Shown: piece after piece, positions 56,304 to 63,873 of the stretch
Position numbering within the stretch: the first letter of the stretch is position 1
Layout: each line of letters begins with the position of its first letter
DNA from: Minisyncoccota bacterium
Lineage (GTDB): Bacteria; Patescibacteriota; Minisyncoccia; Phycocordibacterales; BOKC01
Assembly (NCBI GenBank): GCA_030583745.1
Contig: CP129473.1
Coordinates: 76,551-140,550, forward strand
Direction: 5' to 3'
Length of the DNA stretch: 64,000 nucleotides
The notes under the pieces: model-generated
Told to the model about the DNA's origin: nothing
The model's input: only the letters and a program-made list of their open reading frames with translations
Databases searched by the model: none
Program-made: the position numbers and the translations under genes

Positions 56304-56325
56304 TTATAATATGCTTATATTATAA
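56304..56325. promoter_or_regulatory. palindrome TTATAATAT-gctt-ATATTATAA in the divergent RT / LexA-MTase promoter region
   Basis: It has 9-bp inverted arms and lies 20 bp upstream of the LexA-MTase ATG. It is a candidate operator. Confidence 0.4.
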
Positions 56326-56345
56326 CATATAACTTTTTATAAATT

Positions 56346-57914
56346 ATGAGATCTCTTACCATAAGACAAAAGCAAATATTCGATTTCATTGACTCCTATA
56401 TAGCGAAGAAAGGCATTTCTCCCACAATAGACGAGATAAGGAAAAAGTTTAAATTAAAATCAGTTTCTACTATTCATCAGCATATAAACGCTTTAGTTGA
56501 AAAAGGTTATTTAGAAAAAGATGAAAAATCCGTCCGAGGTCTTAAAATAAAAGGAGAAACTGACTCTATAAGAATTCCCGTTGTTGGAATGATTGCCGCC
56601 GGACAGCCGATTGAAGCAATAGAGAATATTGAGAGACATATCGGTGTAAGCCGAAGCGTAGTGAAAAATAGCGATGATCATTATGCCTTGCGAGTAACTG
56701 GAGAGAGTATGATTGATGAAGGTATTTTTGATGGAGATATTGTTATCATAAAAAAGCAGTCAGTGGCTGAAAACGGACAAACTGTAGTAGCAATAATCGA
56801 TGACAATGAGGCTACGTTGAAAAAAATATATAGGGAGAAAAACAGATTTAAACTTGAACCGGCAAATCAGAGCATGCTCCCTTTTTATCGCAAAGAGGTG
56901 GAAGTGCGAGGTGTCGTTGTGCAGGTTATCAGAAATATTGATAATCGTCCCGAGGATAAAAAAATTCAGAAAAATGGCTATAAGACCGTTGACTTGTTTG
57001 CTGGTGTAGGAGGAATACGTCTCGGATTTGAAAAAGTCGGTTTTGAAACTGTGTTTGCAAATGATTTTGAACCGCAATGCAAGGACACTTATGATCTTAA
57101 TTTTGACACCTCAAAGCTCGTCGTAGAAGACATAAGAAAAATTGGCATCGAAGATTTGCCTGAATTTGATTTTCTCCTCGGGGGTTTCCCGTGCCAGGCG
57201 TTCTCTATTGCCGGATATAGGCAGGGATTTGGAGATGAGAAAGGTCGCGGAAATTTATTTTTTGACATAGCAAGAATGTTAGAAGCAAGAAAGCCGACAG
57301 GATTTCTTTTAGAGAATGTAAAAAATCTAATGGGCCATGACAAAGGCAGGACTTTCAAAATTATTAAAGAAACTCTTGAGGGTCTAGGTTATCATGTCCA
57401 TGCAAAGGTTCTCAACACTATGGAGTACGGAAACATTCCGCAAAATCGCGAGAGAATTTATATTGTTGGATTTAGGGACAAAAAGCATTTTGAAAGGTTT
57501 GAATATCCTAAGCCCGTTAAACTAGCTGTAAGCGTTACCGACATGCTAGAGGACGAGGTGGATAAAAAATATTATTACAATGGAAAACCCCTATTCCCAA
57601 GGTTAAAAGACGATGTTAAAAAAGAAGGAACGGTTTATCAGTGGAGGAGGAAATATGTCCGGGAAAACAAAAGCGGAGTATGCCCAACGCTTACCGCAAA
57701 TATGGGAACCGGCGGGCATAATGTTCCGATTATCAAAGATAAAAAAGGAATAAGAAAACTAACCCCTTTAGAGTGTTTTAGAATTCAGGGATTTCCAAAA
57801 CACTACAAGCTTCCAGAATTGGCTGACTCTGCACTGTACAAGCAGGCAGGAAATTCGGTTTCTGTGCCAGTAATAGAAGCCGTGGCAAAAGAGATGCTGA
57901 ACGCCGTTAGTTAG
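56346..57914 (+). CDS. LexA repressor (HTH + S24 peptidase) fused in-frame to DNA (cytosine-5)-methyltransferase
   Basis: Residues 1-~200 align with E. coli LexA. This includes the cleavage-site 'IAAGQP', catalytic Ser 'TGESM' and Lys 'TLKKIY', and 'GVVVQVIRNI'. Residues ~205-522 carry C5-MTase motif I 'FAGVGGIRLGF', motif IV 'GGFPCQAFS' and motif VI 'LLENVKNL'. Confidence 0.85.
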   Translation: MRSLTIRQKQIFDFIDSYIAKKGISPTIDEIRKKFKLKSVSTIHQHINALVEKGYLEKDEKSVRGLKIKGETDSIRIPVVGMIAAGQPIEAIENIERHIGVSRSVVKNSDDHYALRVTGESMIDEGIFDGDIVIIKKQSVAENGQTVVAIIDDNEATLKKIYREKNRFKLEPANQSMLPFYRKEVEVRGVVVQVIRNIDNRPEDKKIQKNGYKTVDLFAGVGGIRLGFEKVGFETVFANDFEPQCKDTYDLNFDTSKLVVEDIRKIGIEDLPEFDFLLGGFPCQAFSIAGYRQGFGDEKGRGNLFFDIARMLEARKPTGFLLENVKNLMGHDKGRTFKIIKETLEGLGYHVHAKVLNTMEYGNIPQNRERIYIVGFRDKKHFERFEYPKPVKLAVSVTDMLEDEVDKKYYYNGKPLFPRLKDDVKKEGTVYQWRRKYVRENKSGVCPTLTANMGTGGHNVPIIKDKKGIRKLTPLECFRIQGFPKHYKLPELADSALYKQAGNSVSVPVIEAVAKEMLNAVS

Positions 57915-58956
57915 TTGATATCTTATCAAACAGATCCACAAGATCTTGCGTGGAGTCATTGCCAAATTTCTCAAGCGTGTATTTTAGCGCAATGTTCTCA
58001 TTCCATTTAGAGCTCCGGTCAAATTTATTGAGGTTGATGACAATGTTACCTTTTTGAACAGGAATTCCACTAATTCTAATATCATCTGTAGAATGTATAT
58101 ACAAAGAGCCTTTGTTTTTCTTTAGAATTGTTATCTCTGTTTTGTTTTCACTTTCAATAGCGAACGGAAGACAAACATATCCTTTATCGTATGTATAGGT
58201 AAACCTATTGTTTCCGTCCAAAACCATTTTCTCTTTAAGATTTGCCCCGCGAGGATCTTTATTTTCAGCGCCGGCAAAATAGTACGGGCTCACATCCTTT
58301 TTGCAAAGCGTGAAATTATTTTGAACCTCGCCTTTTGTGTAAATGCCAATTAAGCGCATTGTGCCAACTTTTGCGGTTTTAGAAACAGTAGAATGAGGAA
58401 TAATTTGTTTGTCTTTGTCGCTTTCAATAAATTCGTCGCTCATTTTAAGCTCCTCAAAATATTTGTCAGCAAATGTTTCTTCTTCAAACAGCGATGTCAA
58501 ATAATCTCCCTCCAGATCGGACTCAATAAATGCATAATAATCATCAATCATTTGCGGTTCCCGTACCCCAAGTAACGCCTGATCTTTCCGCACAACTTTA
58601 ACCTCGATCCTCGGCATGCCATCAATATTTGTCCAGGTTCCGTTATTGTATTTTACAAAAGGAATAGTCTTTCCGTCGGAAGTTTGAAGTCCGAGAATAT
58701 CAGGCGCGTTCTTATCAGAGTCGTTAGCATATATAAAATAATCTGAAATAACTTTATATTTGTTATCCTCCAGCAATTTTTCAAAGATAACTGTTTCTGC
58801 GATTTTATTGAACCACCTTTCAATATAACCGCCGATTAAATCTCTTTTAGCAGAAGTGCCCTGGCGATGAAGCGGGTCGCCTTTAAACTTCATTAGAATG
58901 AAGTAAACAATTTTTCTAAGATCATCTTTTGTTATTTCTATTTCCGGGTATTTCAT
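57907..58956 (-). CDS. putative type II restriction endonuclease (PD-(D/E)xK)
   Basis: It converges on and overlaps the MTase by 8 bp. It lies directly downstream of a C-protein gene. A candidate 'PD…(E)VK' motif is 'APDILGL…RIEVKVV'. Confidence 0.55.
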   Translation of the reverse strand: MKYPEIEITKDDLRKIVYFILMKFKGDPLHRQGTSAKRDLIGGYIERWFNKIAETVIFEKLLEDNKYKVISDYFIYANDSDKNAPDILGLQTSDGKTIPFVKYNNGTWTNIDGMPRIEVKVVRKDQALLGVREPQMIDDYYAFIESDLEGDYLTSLFEEETFADKYFEELKMSDEFIESDKDKQIIPHSTVSKTAKVGTMRLIGIYTKGEVQNNFTLCKKDVSPYYFAGAENKDPRGANLKEKMVLDGNNRFTYTYDKGYVCLPFAIESENKTEITILKKNKGSLYIHSTDDIRISGIPVQKGNIVINLNKFDRSSKWNENIALKYTLEKFGNDSTQDLVDLFDKISTN

Positions 58957-58958
58957 AA

Positions 58959-59171
58959 TTATTTGAATCGCAAAAGCTCATCAGGATCCACATCCAGAGC
59001 GTCTGATATCTTTTTTATATTCTCAACAGAAACATTGCGCTCGCCTCGTTCAATATCGCTCATGTATGTTCTGTGCAGTTTCGCTTTTGTAGCGAGTTTT
59101 TCCTGCGAAATACCCGCCTCCAAGCGAAGTTCTTTAATTTTCTGTCCTAATTGTTTCTTAATATTTGACAT
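58959..59171 (-). CDS. controller (C) protein, XRE-family HTH
   Basis: The 70-aa product contains 'LGQKIKELRLEAGISQEKLATKAKLHRTYMSDIERGERNVS'. The stop abuts the downstream REase start. A C-box lies upstream. Confidence 0.75.
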   Translation of the reverse strand: MSNIKKQLGQKIKELRLEAGISQEKLATKAKLHRTYMSDIERGERNVSVENIKKISDALDVDPDELLRFK

Positions 59172-59228
59172 GCAAAGTCTGGTAACTTATTGACTACATC
59201 ATATCTTTTTGAGTAAAATAGGGCTACA

Positions 59229-59249
59229 GACTATAAGTGACGTATAGTC
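59229..59249. promoter_or_regulatory. C-box-like palindrome GACTATA-N7-TATAGTC
   Basis: It lies ~58 bp upstream of the C-protein start and matches the GACT…AGTC C-box consensus. Confidence 0.55.
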
Positions 59250-59255
59250 TAAGCC

Positions 59256-59498
59256 CGAGCCCCGTTTTCCGCCCATTCAATTTTTAAAAAAATCCCCCCG
59301 CGAAAAAAGAAAAAGCATGGAGAGCGGAAACGGGGCGAGGGCGGAGCGCCGAGCTTGTCGAGGCGCTGGCAGCATGAGTTGGCATCACCACGCGATCGGA
59401 GCGTACGATGTAGTTCCAAGCCACCACGCGCTCCGCGCGTGCGAAGTCAGTCGGTCTTTGACTCGAAATAGGTTCGAGCAAAGGCTATAATATCGTCA
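59256..59498 (-). repeat. inverted repeat IR244 right copy
   Basis: It is the perfect reverse complement of 53360-53603. Confidence 0.9.
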
Positions 59499-59578
59499 CA
59501 ATTTAGAACTTTTCCCAATGCGCGTCGCTCCGCGACGAATTCGGACGGAACTGGCGCGCCGAAGCGCGCGGATTTGTC
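59496..59578 (+). repeat. inverted repeat IR83 left copy
   Basis: It is the perfect reverse complement of 60994-61076. It contains the GCGCGC-UUCG-GCGCGC hairpin and lies in the recombinase promoter region. Confidence 0.9.
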
Positions 59579-59604
59579 TCTTGTTTCGTATCTAAAAAAA
59601 ATCT

Positions 59605-61092
59605 ATGTCCAAACCAAAATATTTTCTTTACGCTCGCAAATCGACGGAAGATGATGACAAGCAGGTCATGTCTATCGAGGCTCAACTTTTTGAATTGCGA
59701 GAGTTTGCACGTAAAGAAAATCTTGAAATTGTTGAGACATTTCAAGAGTCGAAAAGCGCAAAGACTCCGGGCAGGCCTCTGTTCAACAAGATGATGGCGA
59801 AGATAGAGGAAATGGAGAATGTCGGCATTCTTGCGTGGCATCCGGATCGTCTCGCGAGAAATAGCGTGGACGGCGGTCGCATCATCTATCTTGTTGACCA
59901 GAAGAAAATCACGTCTTTGCGCTTTCCGACATTTTGGTTTGAACCCACCCCGCAGGGGCTCTTTATGTTGCAAGTGGCGTTCGGTCAATCGAAGTATTAC
60001 TCCGACAACTTGGTGGAGAACACCAAGCGCGGGATGCGCCAAAAAGTGCGGCGAGGCGAGTGGCTCACAAAAGCGCCGTTCGGGTACGTGAACAATCCGA
60101 AGACGAGGAATATCGAACCGCACCCGACTCATTCCAAAATCATCGTCCGCGCTTTTGAGGAGTATGCGAAAAAATCGCACACGCTGAAATCACTCGCCGA
60201 TTTTTTGGCGCTTCACGGAGTAAGTACTTCCAAAGGTACGCCACTTGGCAAAGCTTCCATCAAACGAATGCTGACCAACAGGGCATATTTGGGATTTGTG
60301 AAGCATAAGGAGGAATGGTTTGACGGAAGCTTTGCGCCAATTCTTTCCCCGAAATTGTTTGAAGCCGTGCAAAAGGTATTAGCGACAAGAGAACGCCCGC
60401 GCAAAACAAAGACCGGCCACAATTTTCCTTTCGTTGGACTTTTTCGTTGCGGAGAGTGCGGGAGCATGATCACTGCGCAGTGGGCGACGGGGAAATCAGG
60501 AGGACGGTATCGGTACTATCGGTGCACGAAAAAGAAAGGAAATTGTGACCAAGGGTATATGCGCGAGGAATCTCTTGTCGCAGACGTAAAGGAACGGCTC
60601 CAAACAATTTCGCTTTGCGATGAGGATACTGATTATATGCTCAAGTGCGTTCTGCAATTCGAGCAAGAGGAAAACCGCTCATCGCAAAGCCGCGTTCAAA
60701 ATCTTTCTTTCAAACTCAAAGCAAGCGAGGAGAAGCTTGACCGTCTTGTCTCGGCCTTTATTGATGGTGACATTCCAAAGGAAATTTATCTCGCCAAGAA
60801 GGACAAGCTGATGCGGGAATCACTTGCTTTGCGGGAACAGCGGAAAGATTTTGAACGCGAGGGAAAGAATTGGGTCGAACCCCTACGGGAGTGGATTTTA
60901 GATACGAAACAAGCCAATTTTTTGAGCTCATCCGCTGATTTTCACAAAATCAGCTCCTTCGTCAAAAAAGTTGGAACGAACCCTACGGTTCGTGACAAAT
61001 CCGCGCGCTTCGGCGCGCCAGTTCCGTCCGAATTCGTCGCGGAGCGACGCGCATTGGGAAAAGTTCTAAATTGTGACCCTATCGGGATTTGA
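59605..61092 (+). CDS. large serine recombinase (resolvase/integrase)
   Basis: The N-terminal resolvase domain 'YARKSTEDDDKQVMSIEAQ' carries the catalytic Ser. A recombinase domain and zinc ribbon 'CGECGSM…YYRCTKKKGNC' follow, with a C-terminal coiled coil. Confidence 0.9.
   Translation: MSKPKYFLYARKSTEDDDKQVMSIEAQLFELREFARKENLEIVETFQESKSAKTPGRPLFNKMMAKIEEMENVGILAWHPDRLARNSVDGGRIIYLVDQKKITSLRFPTFWFEPTPQGLFMLQVAFGQSKYYSDNLVENTKRGMRQKVRRGEWLTKAPFGYVNNPKTRNIEPHPTHSKIIVRAFEEYAKKSHTLKSLADFLALHGVSTSKGTPLGKASIKRMLTNRAYLGFVKHKEEWFDGSFAPILSPKLFEAVQKVLATRERPRKTKTGHNFPFVGLFRCGECGSMITAQWATGKSGGRYRYYRCTKKKGNCDQGYMREESLVADVKERLQTISLCDEDTDYMLKCVLQFEQEENRSSQSRVQNLSFKLKASEEKLDRLVSAFIDGDIPKEIYLAKKDKLMRESLALREQRKDFEREGKNWVEPLREWILDTKQANFLSSSADFHKISSFVKKVGTNPTVRDKSARFGAPVPSEFVAERRALGKVLNCDPIGI
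60994..61076 (-). repeat. inverted repeat IR83 right copy
   Basis: It overlaps the last ~30 codons of the recombinase and ends 3 nt inside the tRNA-Glu 3' end. Confidence 0.9.
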
Positions 61093-61148
61093 ACCCGAGT
61101 TTTCGCCTTGAGAAGGCGACGTCCTAGACCAGACTAGACGATAGGGCC
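61074..61148 (-). tRNA. tRNA-Glu (CUC)
   Basis: On the minus strand it reads GGCCCUA-UC-GUC…GAC-G-UCGCC-UUCUCAA-GGCGA-AAAC-UCGGG-UUCAAAU-CCCGA-UAGGGUC-A. Acceptor stem is 7 bp (one G·U), D-stem 3 bp. Anticodon loop is UUCUCAA, giving anticodon CUC. No CCA is encoded. Confidence 0.75.
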
Positions 61149-61189
61149 GCGCCTATAATTTTCCACAAAAATCAGGTTGTCGCAAGATT

Positions 61190-61645
61190 TTAAGAAAAAT
61201 ATCCTTCAACAATTTTTTTAACCTCTCCACCGTCGGCTTGACCTTTCAATTCTTTCATCACCACGCCGATCAGGATTCCAATTTTGCTTTTGTCAGTGAT
61301 TCCTAACTCTTCTTTTTTAGCTAGAGCAACTTTTCTTATTTCATCCAAACCAATTTCTGCCGGCAAGTATTGCTTCAAAATTTCCAATTCTTTTTCTTCC
61401 TGCAGAGCCAAATCAGCACGCCCACCTTTTTGGAATTGTTCTATGGAATCTTTTCTTTGCTTAACAGCCCTTTTAATGACTGCGAAACAATCATTTTCGT
61501 CCAATACTTCCTGTGGTTTACGTCCTTTGGCAACAAGCTCGTTGGTAAAAGCGGCGAGCAACCCCTTCAGAGTATCGGATTTAAGCTGATCTCTTTCTAT
61601 CATAGACTTTTTTAAATCCCCCCTTATTTTGTCGTTTATCTTCAT
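61190..61645 (-). CDS. GatB/YqeY-domain protein
   Basis: 'KDSIEQFQKGGRADLALQEEKELEILKQYLP' matches the YqeY family pattern. Confidence 0.8.
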   Translation of the reverse strand: MKINDKIRGDLKKSMIERDQLKSDTLKGLLAAFTNELVAKGRKPQEVLDENDCFAVIKRAVKQRKDSIEQFQKGGRADLALQEEKELEILKQYLPAEIGLDEIRKVALAKKEELGITDKSKIGILIGVVMKELKGQADGGEVKKIVEGYFS

Positions 61646-61665
61646 TTGTTTGTTATAATTAAATT

Positions 61666-62715
61666 ATGGAAACTTTTCTTATAATTTTGACGATAGTTTT
61701 GGTTTTATCAAATGGTTTTTTGGTTTGGTTTTTTTTGAAATCAAAAAATAGCTCAAAAGCAGGCGATTCCGGACTTAATCTGATTTTACAGCAAATGAAT
61801 GAGCTTGCCAAAGTGGTAGACTCAAAAATGGGCGAGACTTCGCGTCAAGTCAATGAAGCTATCCGCTTTCATTATGGTGATTCGCAAAAGCTTATAAAGG
61901 AAATTACCAGAGAATTGACCGAAGTCAAAGAGACCGGAAAACAAGTAATTTTTTTTGCCGACCAGCTTCAAAGCTTGCAGGATATTTTAAAAAATCCAAA
62001 ACAGAGAGGAGTTCTTGGCGAATATTATCTGGAAACGCTTTTAAAAAATGTTTTACCTCCGGGATCTTTTCAAATGCAATATTCTTTTCCCGATGGAACA
62101 ATTGTTGATGCCGTGGTTTTTGTCAAAGACAGGATAATTCCGATTGACTCTAAATTCTCCTTGGAAAATTACAATAGATTGGCCGAAGAAAGAGACCAGC
62201 CGGAGCGCAAAAGATTGGAAAAGGTTTTTGAAAACGATTTGAAAAACCGTATTGTTGAAACCTCAAAATATATTCAGCCGGATAAGGGGACCATGGAATT
62301 TGCGTTTATGTTCATTCCTCATGAAGCTATTTATTACGATCTGCTTATTGGGAAGGTCGGTTTGATTTCAGAAGAAAATCTTATTCAACGAGCGGCTTCT
62401 AAATATAAAGTCATTATTGTTTCCCCGACCTCGTTTTTAGCTTACCTTCAGACAGTCTTGCAAGGTTTAAATGCTCTCCAAATTGAGGAAAAAGCCCAAG
62501 ATATTGTTAAAAGAGTTGGAGAACTAGGGAAGCATATAAAGGCCTTTGAAGACTACAATTTAAAGCTTGGAAATTCTCTAAAAACCACGGTTAATCAATA
62601 TAATTTGGGCTCAAAAGAGCTTAATAAAATTGACAAAGACGTTCTGCGAATTACTGGTTCAGCCCCGGGAATTGTGACTGAATTTATAGATAAGCCGGCT
62701 GACGAAGATAGCTAA
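61666..62715 (+). CDS. rmuC: DNA recombination protein RmuC
   Basis: An N-terminal TM segment and coiled coils are present, with 'YKVIIVSPTSFLAYLQTVLQGL' in the C-terminal RmuC domain. Confidence 0.85.
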   Translation: METFLIILTIVLVLSNGFLVWFFLKSKNSSKAGDSGLNLILQQMNELAKVVDSKMGETSRQVNEAIRFHYGDSQKLIKEITRELTEVKETGKQVIFFADQLQSLQDILKNPKQRGVLGEYYLETLLKNVLPPGSFQMQYSFPDGTIVDAVVFVKDRIIPIDSKFSLENYNRLAEERDQPERKRLEKVFENDLKNRIVETSKYIQPDKGTMEFAFMFIPHEAIYYDLLIGKVGLISEENLIQRAASKYKVIIVSPTSFLAYLQTVLQGLNALQIEEKAQDIVKRVGELGKHIKAFEDYNLKLGNSLKTTVNQYNLGSKELNKIDKDVLRITGSAPGIVTEFIDKPADEDS

Positions 62716-62756
62716 AAGTTGCAATCGGCGGCTAATTGTGTAGAATTAACAACAAT

Positions 62757-63131
62757 ATGCCCGCCGAAAACAAAAAAACAAAAACAGCTAAAAAAACCGT
62801 AAAGGCAAGTAAGGACGAATTTGCCGTGATTTTGACTGGTGGCAAGCAATATCAGGTTTCGGTTGGCGACACTCTTAAAATTGAGAAAATAAAGGGCGAT
62901 TTCAAAAAAGGCGACAAAGTTGTCTTTGATAGAGTTCTTTTAGTTGATGATGGAAAAGATACTACTATTGGCGCGCCTTACATAGATGGCGCTAAAGTTG
63001 AAGCGGTTTTTGAAGAAGCTGGAAAAAACAAAAAAATTGAAGTTGTAAAATACAAAGCTAAGAGCCGATATTATAAAAGGCGTGGCCACCGACAACCTTT
63101 CTTTAAAGTTAAAATTCAAGCGATTAAGTAG
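62757..63131 (+). CDS. rplU: 50S ribosomal protein L21 with Lys-rich N-terminal extension
   Basis: 'FAVILTGGKQYQVSVGDTLKIEKI…EVVKYKAKSRYYKRRGHRQPFFKVKI' matches bL21. The track offers an alternative upstream start at 62736. Confidence 0.85.
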   Translation: MPAENKKTKTAKKTVKASKDEFAVILTGGKQYQVSVGDTLKIEKIKGDFKKGDKVVFDRVLLVDDGKDTTIGAPYIDGAKVEAVFEEAGKNKKIEVVKYKAKSRYYKRRGHRQPFFKVKIQAIK

Positions 63132-63267
63132 GCGCTAGGAGATTAGGCGCTAGGCGCTAGGAGAAATAGGAGAAAAAATTCTTGTAGTTTGCAAGTTTTT
63201 TTTGTTTCTGTTGATTTATTAAATAAAGAATGTCAGCTGTTTCTTGAAAGTTTATTTAATAAAAATC

Positions 63268-63298
63268 CACCTCGCGGTCGAGGTGGATGGTGCGGCGG
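63268..63298 (-). terminator. intrinsic terminator after the Clp_N gene
   Basis: On the minus strand 'ccatccacctcgaccgcgaggtggattttt' forms the hairpin and U-tract. Confidence 0.6.
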
Positions 63299-63318
63299 CG
63301 GGGGCTATGAGGTCAGTA

Positions 63319-63873
63319 TCAATGTTCGCCCATGATACGAACAATCTCTGCAAGATCCAGAAGTCGTCTGGCATCTCTCTTGAGTTTAGCCACGATCTGC
63401 TCCGTACTCTCGTCTTCGGGGTCAGAACTGTCGTTTCCCCTCAAAAGCGCGTGGACTTCATCGATATCCAGATTGAGGTCCGTGAGGAACTGTGCGTCAC
63501 AACCATAGGTCTCGCGGAGCAGGCCGAAGAGCAGATGATCGGTGCCGACACGTTTGTGGTTGAGTATGCGCGCCATTTCTCTGGCGTACTCAACGACTCT
63601 TTCGGCACTCTGTGTTCGGGGAAGAAAGTTACCCAAGATAGTGGGCATCTCTAGGGTGGCGCTCTCGATGACGAGTGCGTCTTTCAACTTAAGAAGCGCC
63701 TCGCTCGGTCTCACACCAAGGTGTTGGAGTATATCCGTGCTGGCGCTTGGGTTCTCTTCCATTAATCCCAACAGGAGGTATTCGGGTCGAATGCTGTCAC
63801 GGCCTTGATGCAATGACCACCAATTGGCTCGAATCATCGCTTTGGTGGCCGTAGTGGAAAGCCCCTGAAACAT
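63319..63873 (-). CDS. stand-alone double Clp-N (ClpA/B/C N-terminal) domain protein, GC-rich
   Basis: Two Clp_N repeats are 'PEYLLLGLMEE…' and 'TDHLLFGLLRE…'. The RBS 'AAGGAG' is 7 nt before the ATG at 63873. The gene is ~55% GC. Confidence 0.6.
   Translation of the reverse strand: MFQGLSTTATKAMIRANWWSLHQGRDSIRPEYLLLGLMEENPSASTDILQHLGVRPSEALLKLKDALVIESATLEMPTILGNFLPRTQSAERVVEYAREMARILNHKRVGTDHLLFGLLRETYGCDAQFLTDLNLDIDEVHALLRGNDSSDPEDESTEQIVAKLKRDARRLLDLAEIVRIMGEH

Larger units (their letters stand above)
53222..61148. mobile_element. tRNA-Glu-associated accessory island (~7.9 kb): IR-bounded RT + structured RNA + LexA-MTase/REase/C-protein cassette and large serine recombinase
   Basis: It inserts between murF and tRNA-Glu. 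The serine recombinase abuts the tRNA 3' end. Perfect 244-bp and 83-bp inverted repeat pairs are present. Composition is mixed, with a 58% GC block. The GCGCGCC-UUCG-GGCGCGC hairpin motif recurs at 53303, 59548 and 61003. Confidence 0.6.

Noticed and set aside
54751-56345. A bona fide group II intron hosting the RT
   Set aside because: There is no GUGYG 5' end and no domain V/VI hairpin downstream of the ORF. Only ~360 nt lie upstream before a complete, well-aligned LexA-MTase gene on the opposite strand. That is not enough room for D1-D3.
63244-63654. Plus-strand ORF antisense to the Clp_N gene; likewise 16750..17157 (-) antisense to the GC-rich 134-aa gene; 33306..33659 (+) and 33354..33761 (-) Arg-rich frames
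   Set aside because: These are GC-rich segments, which open long alternative frames. The chosen strand has an RBS and recognisable domains.
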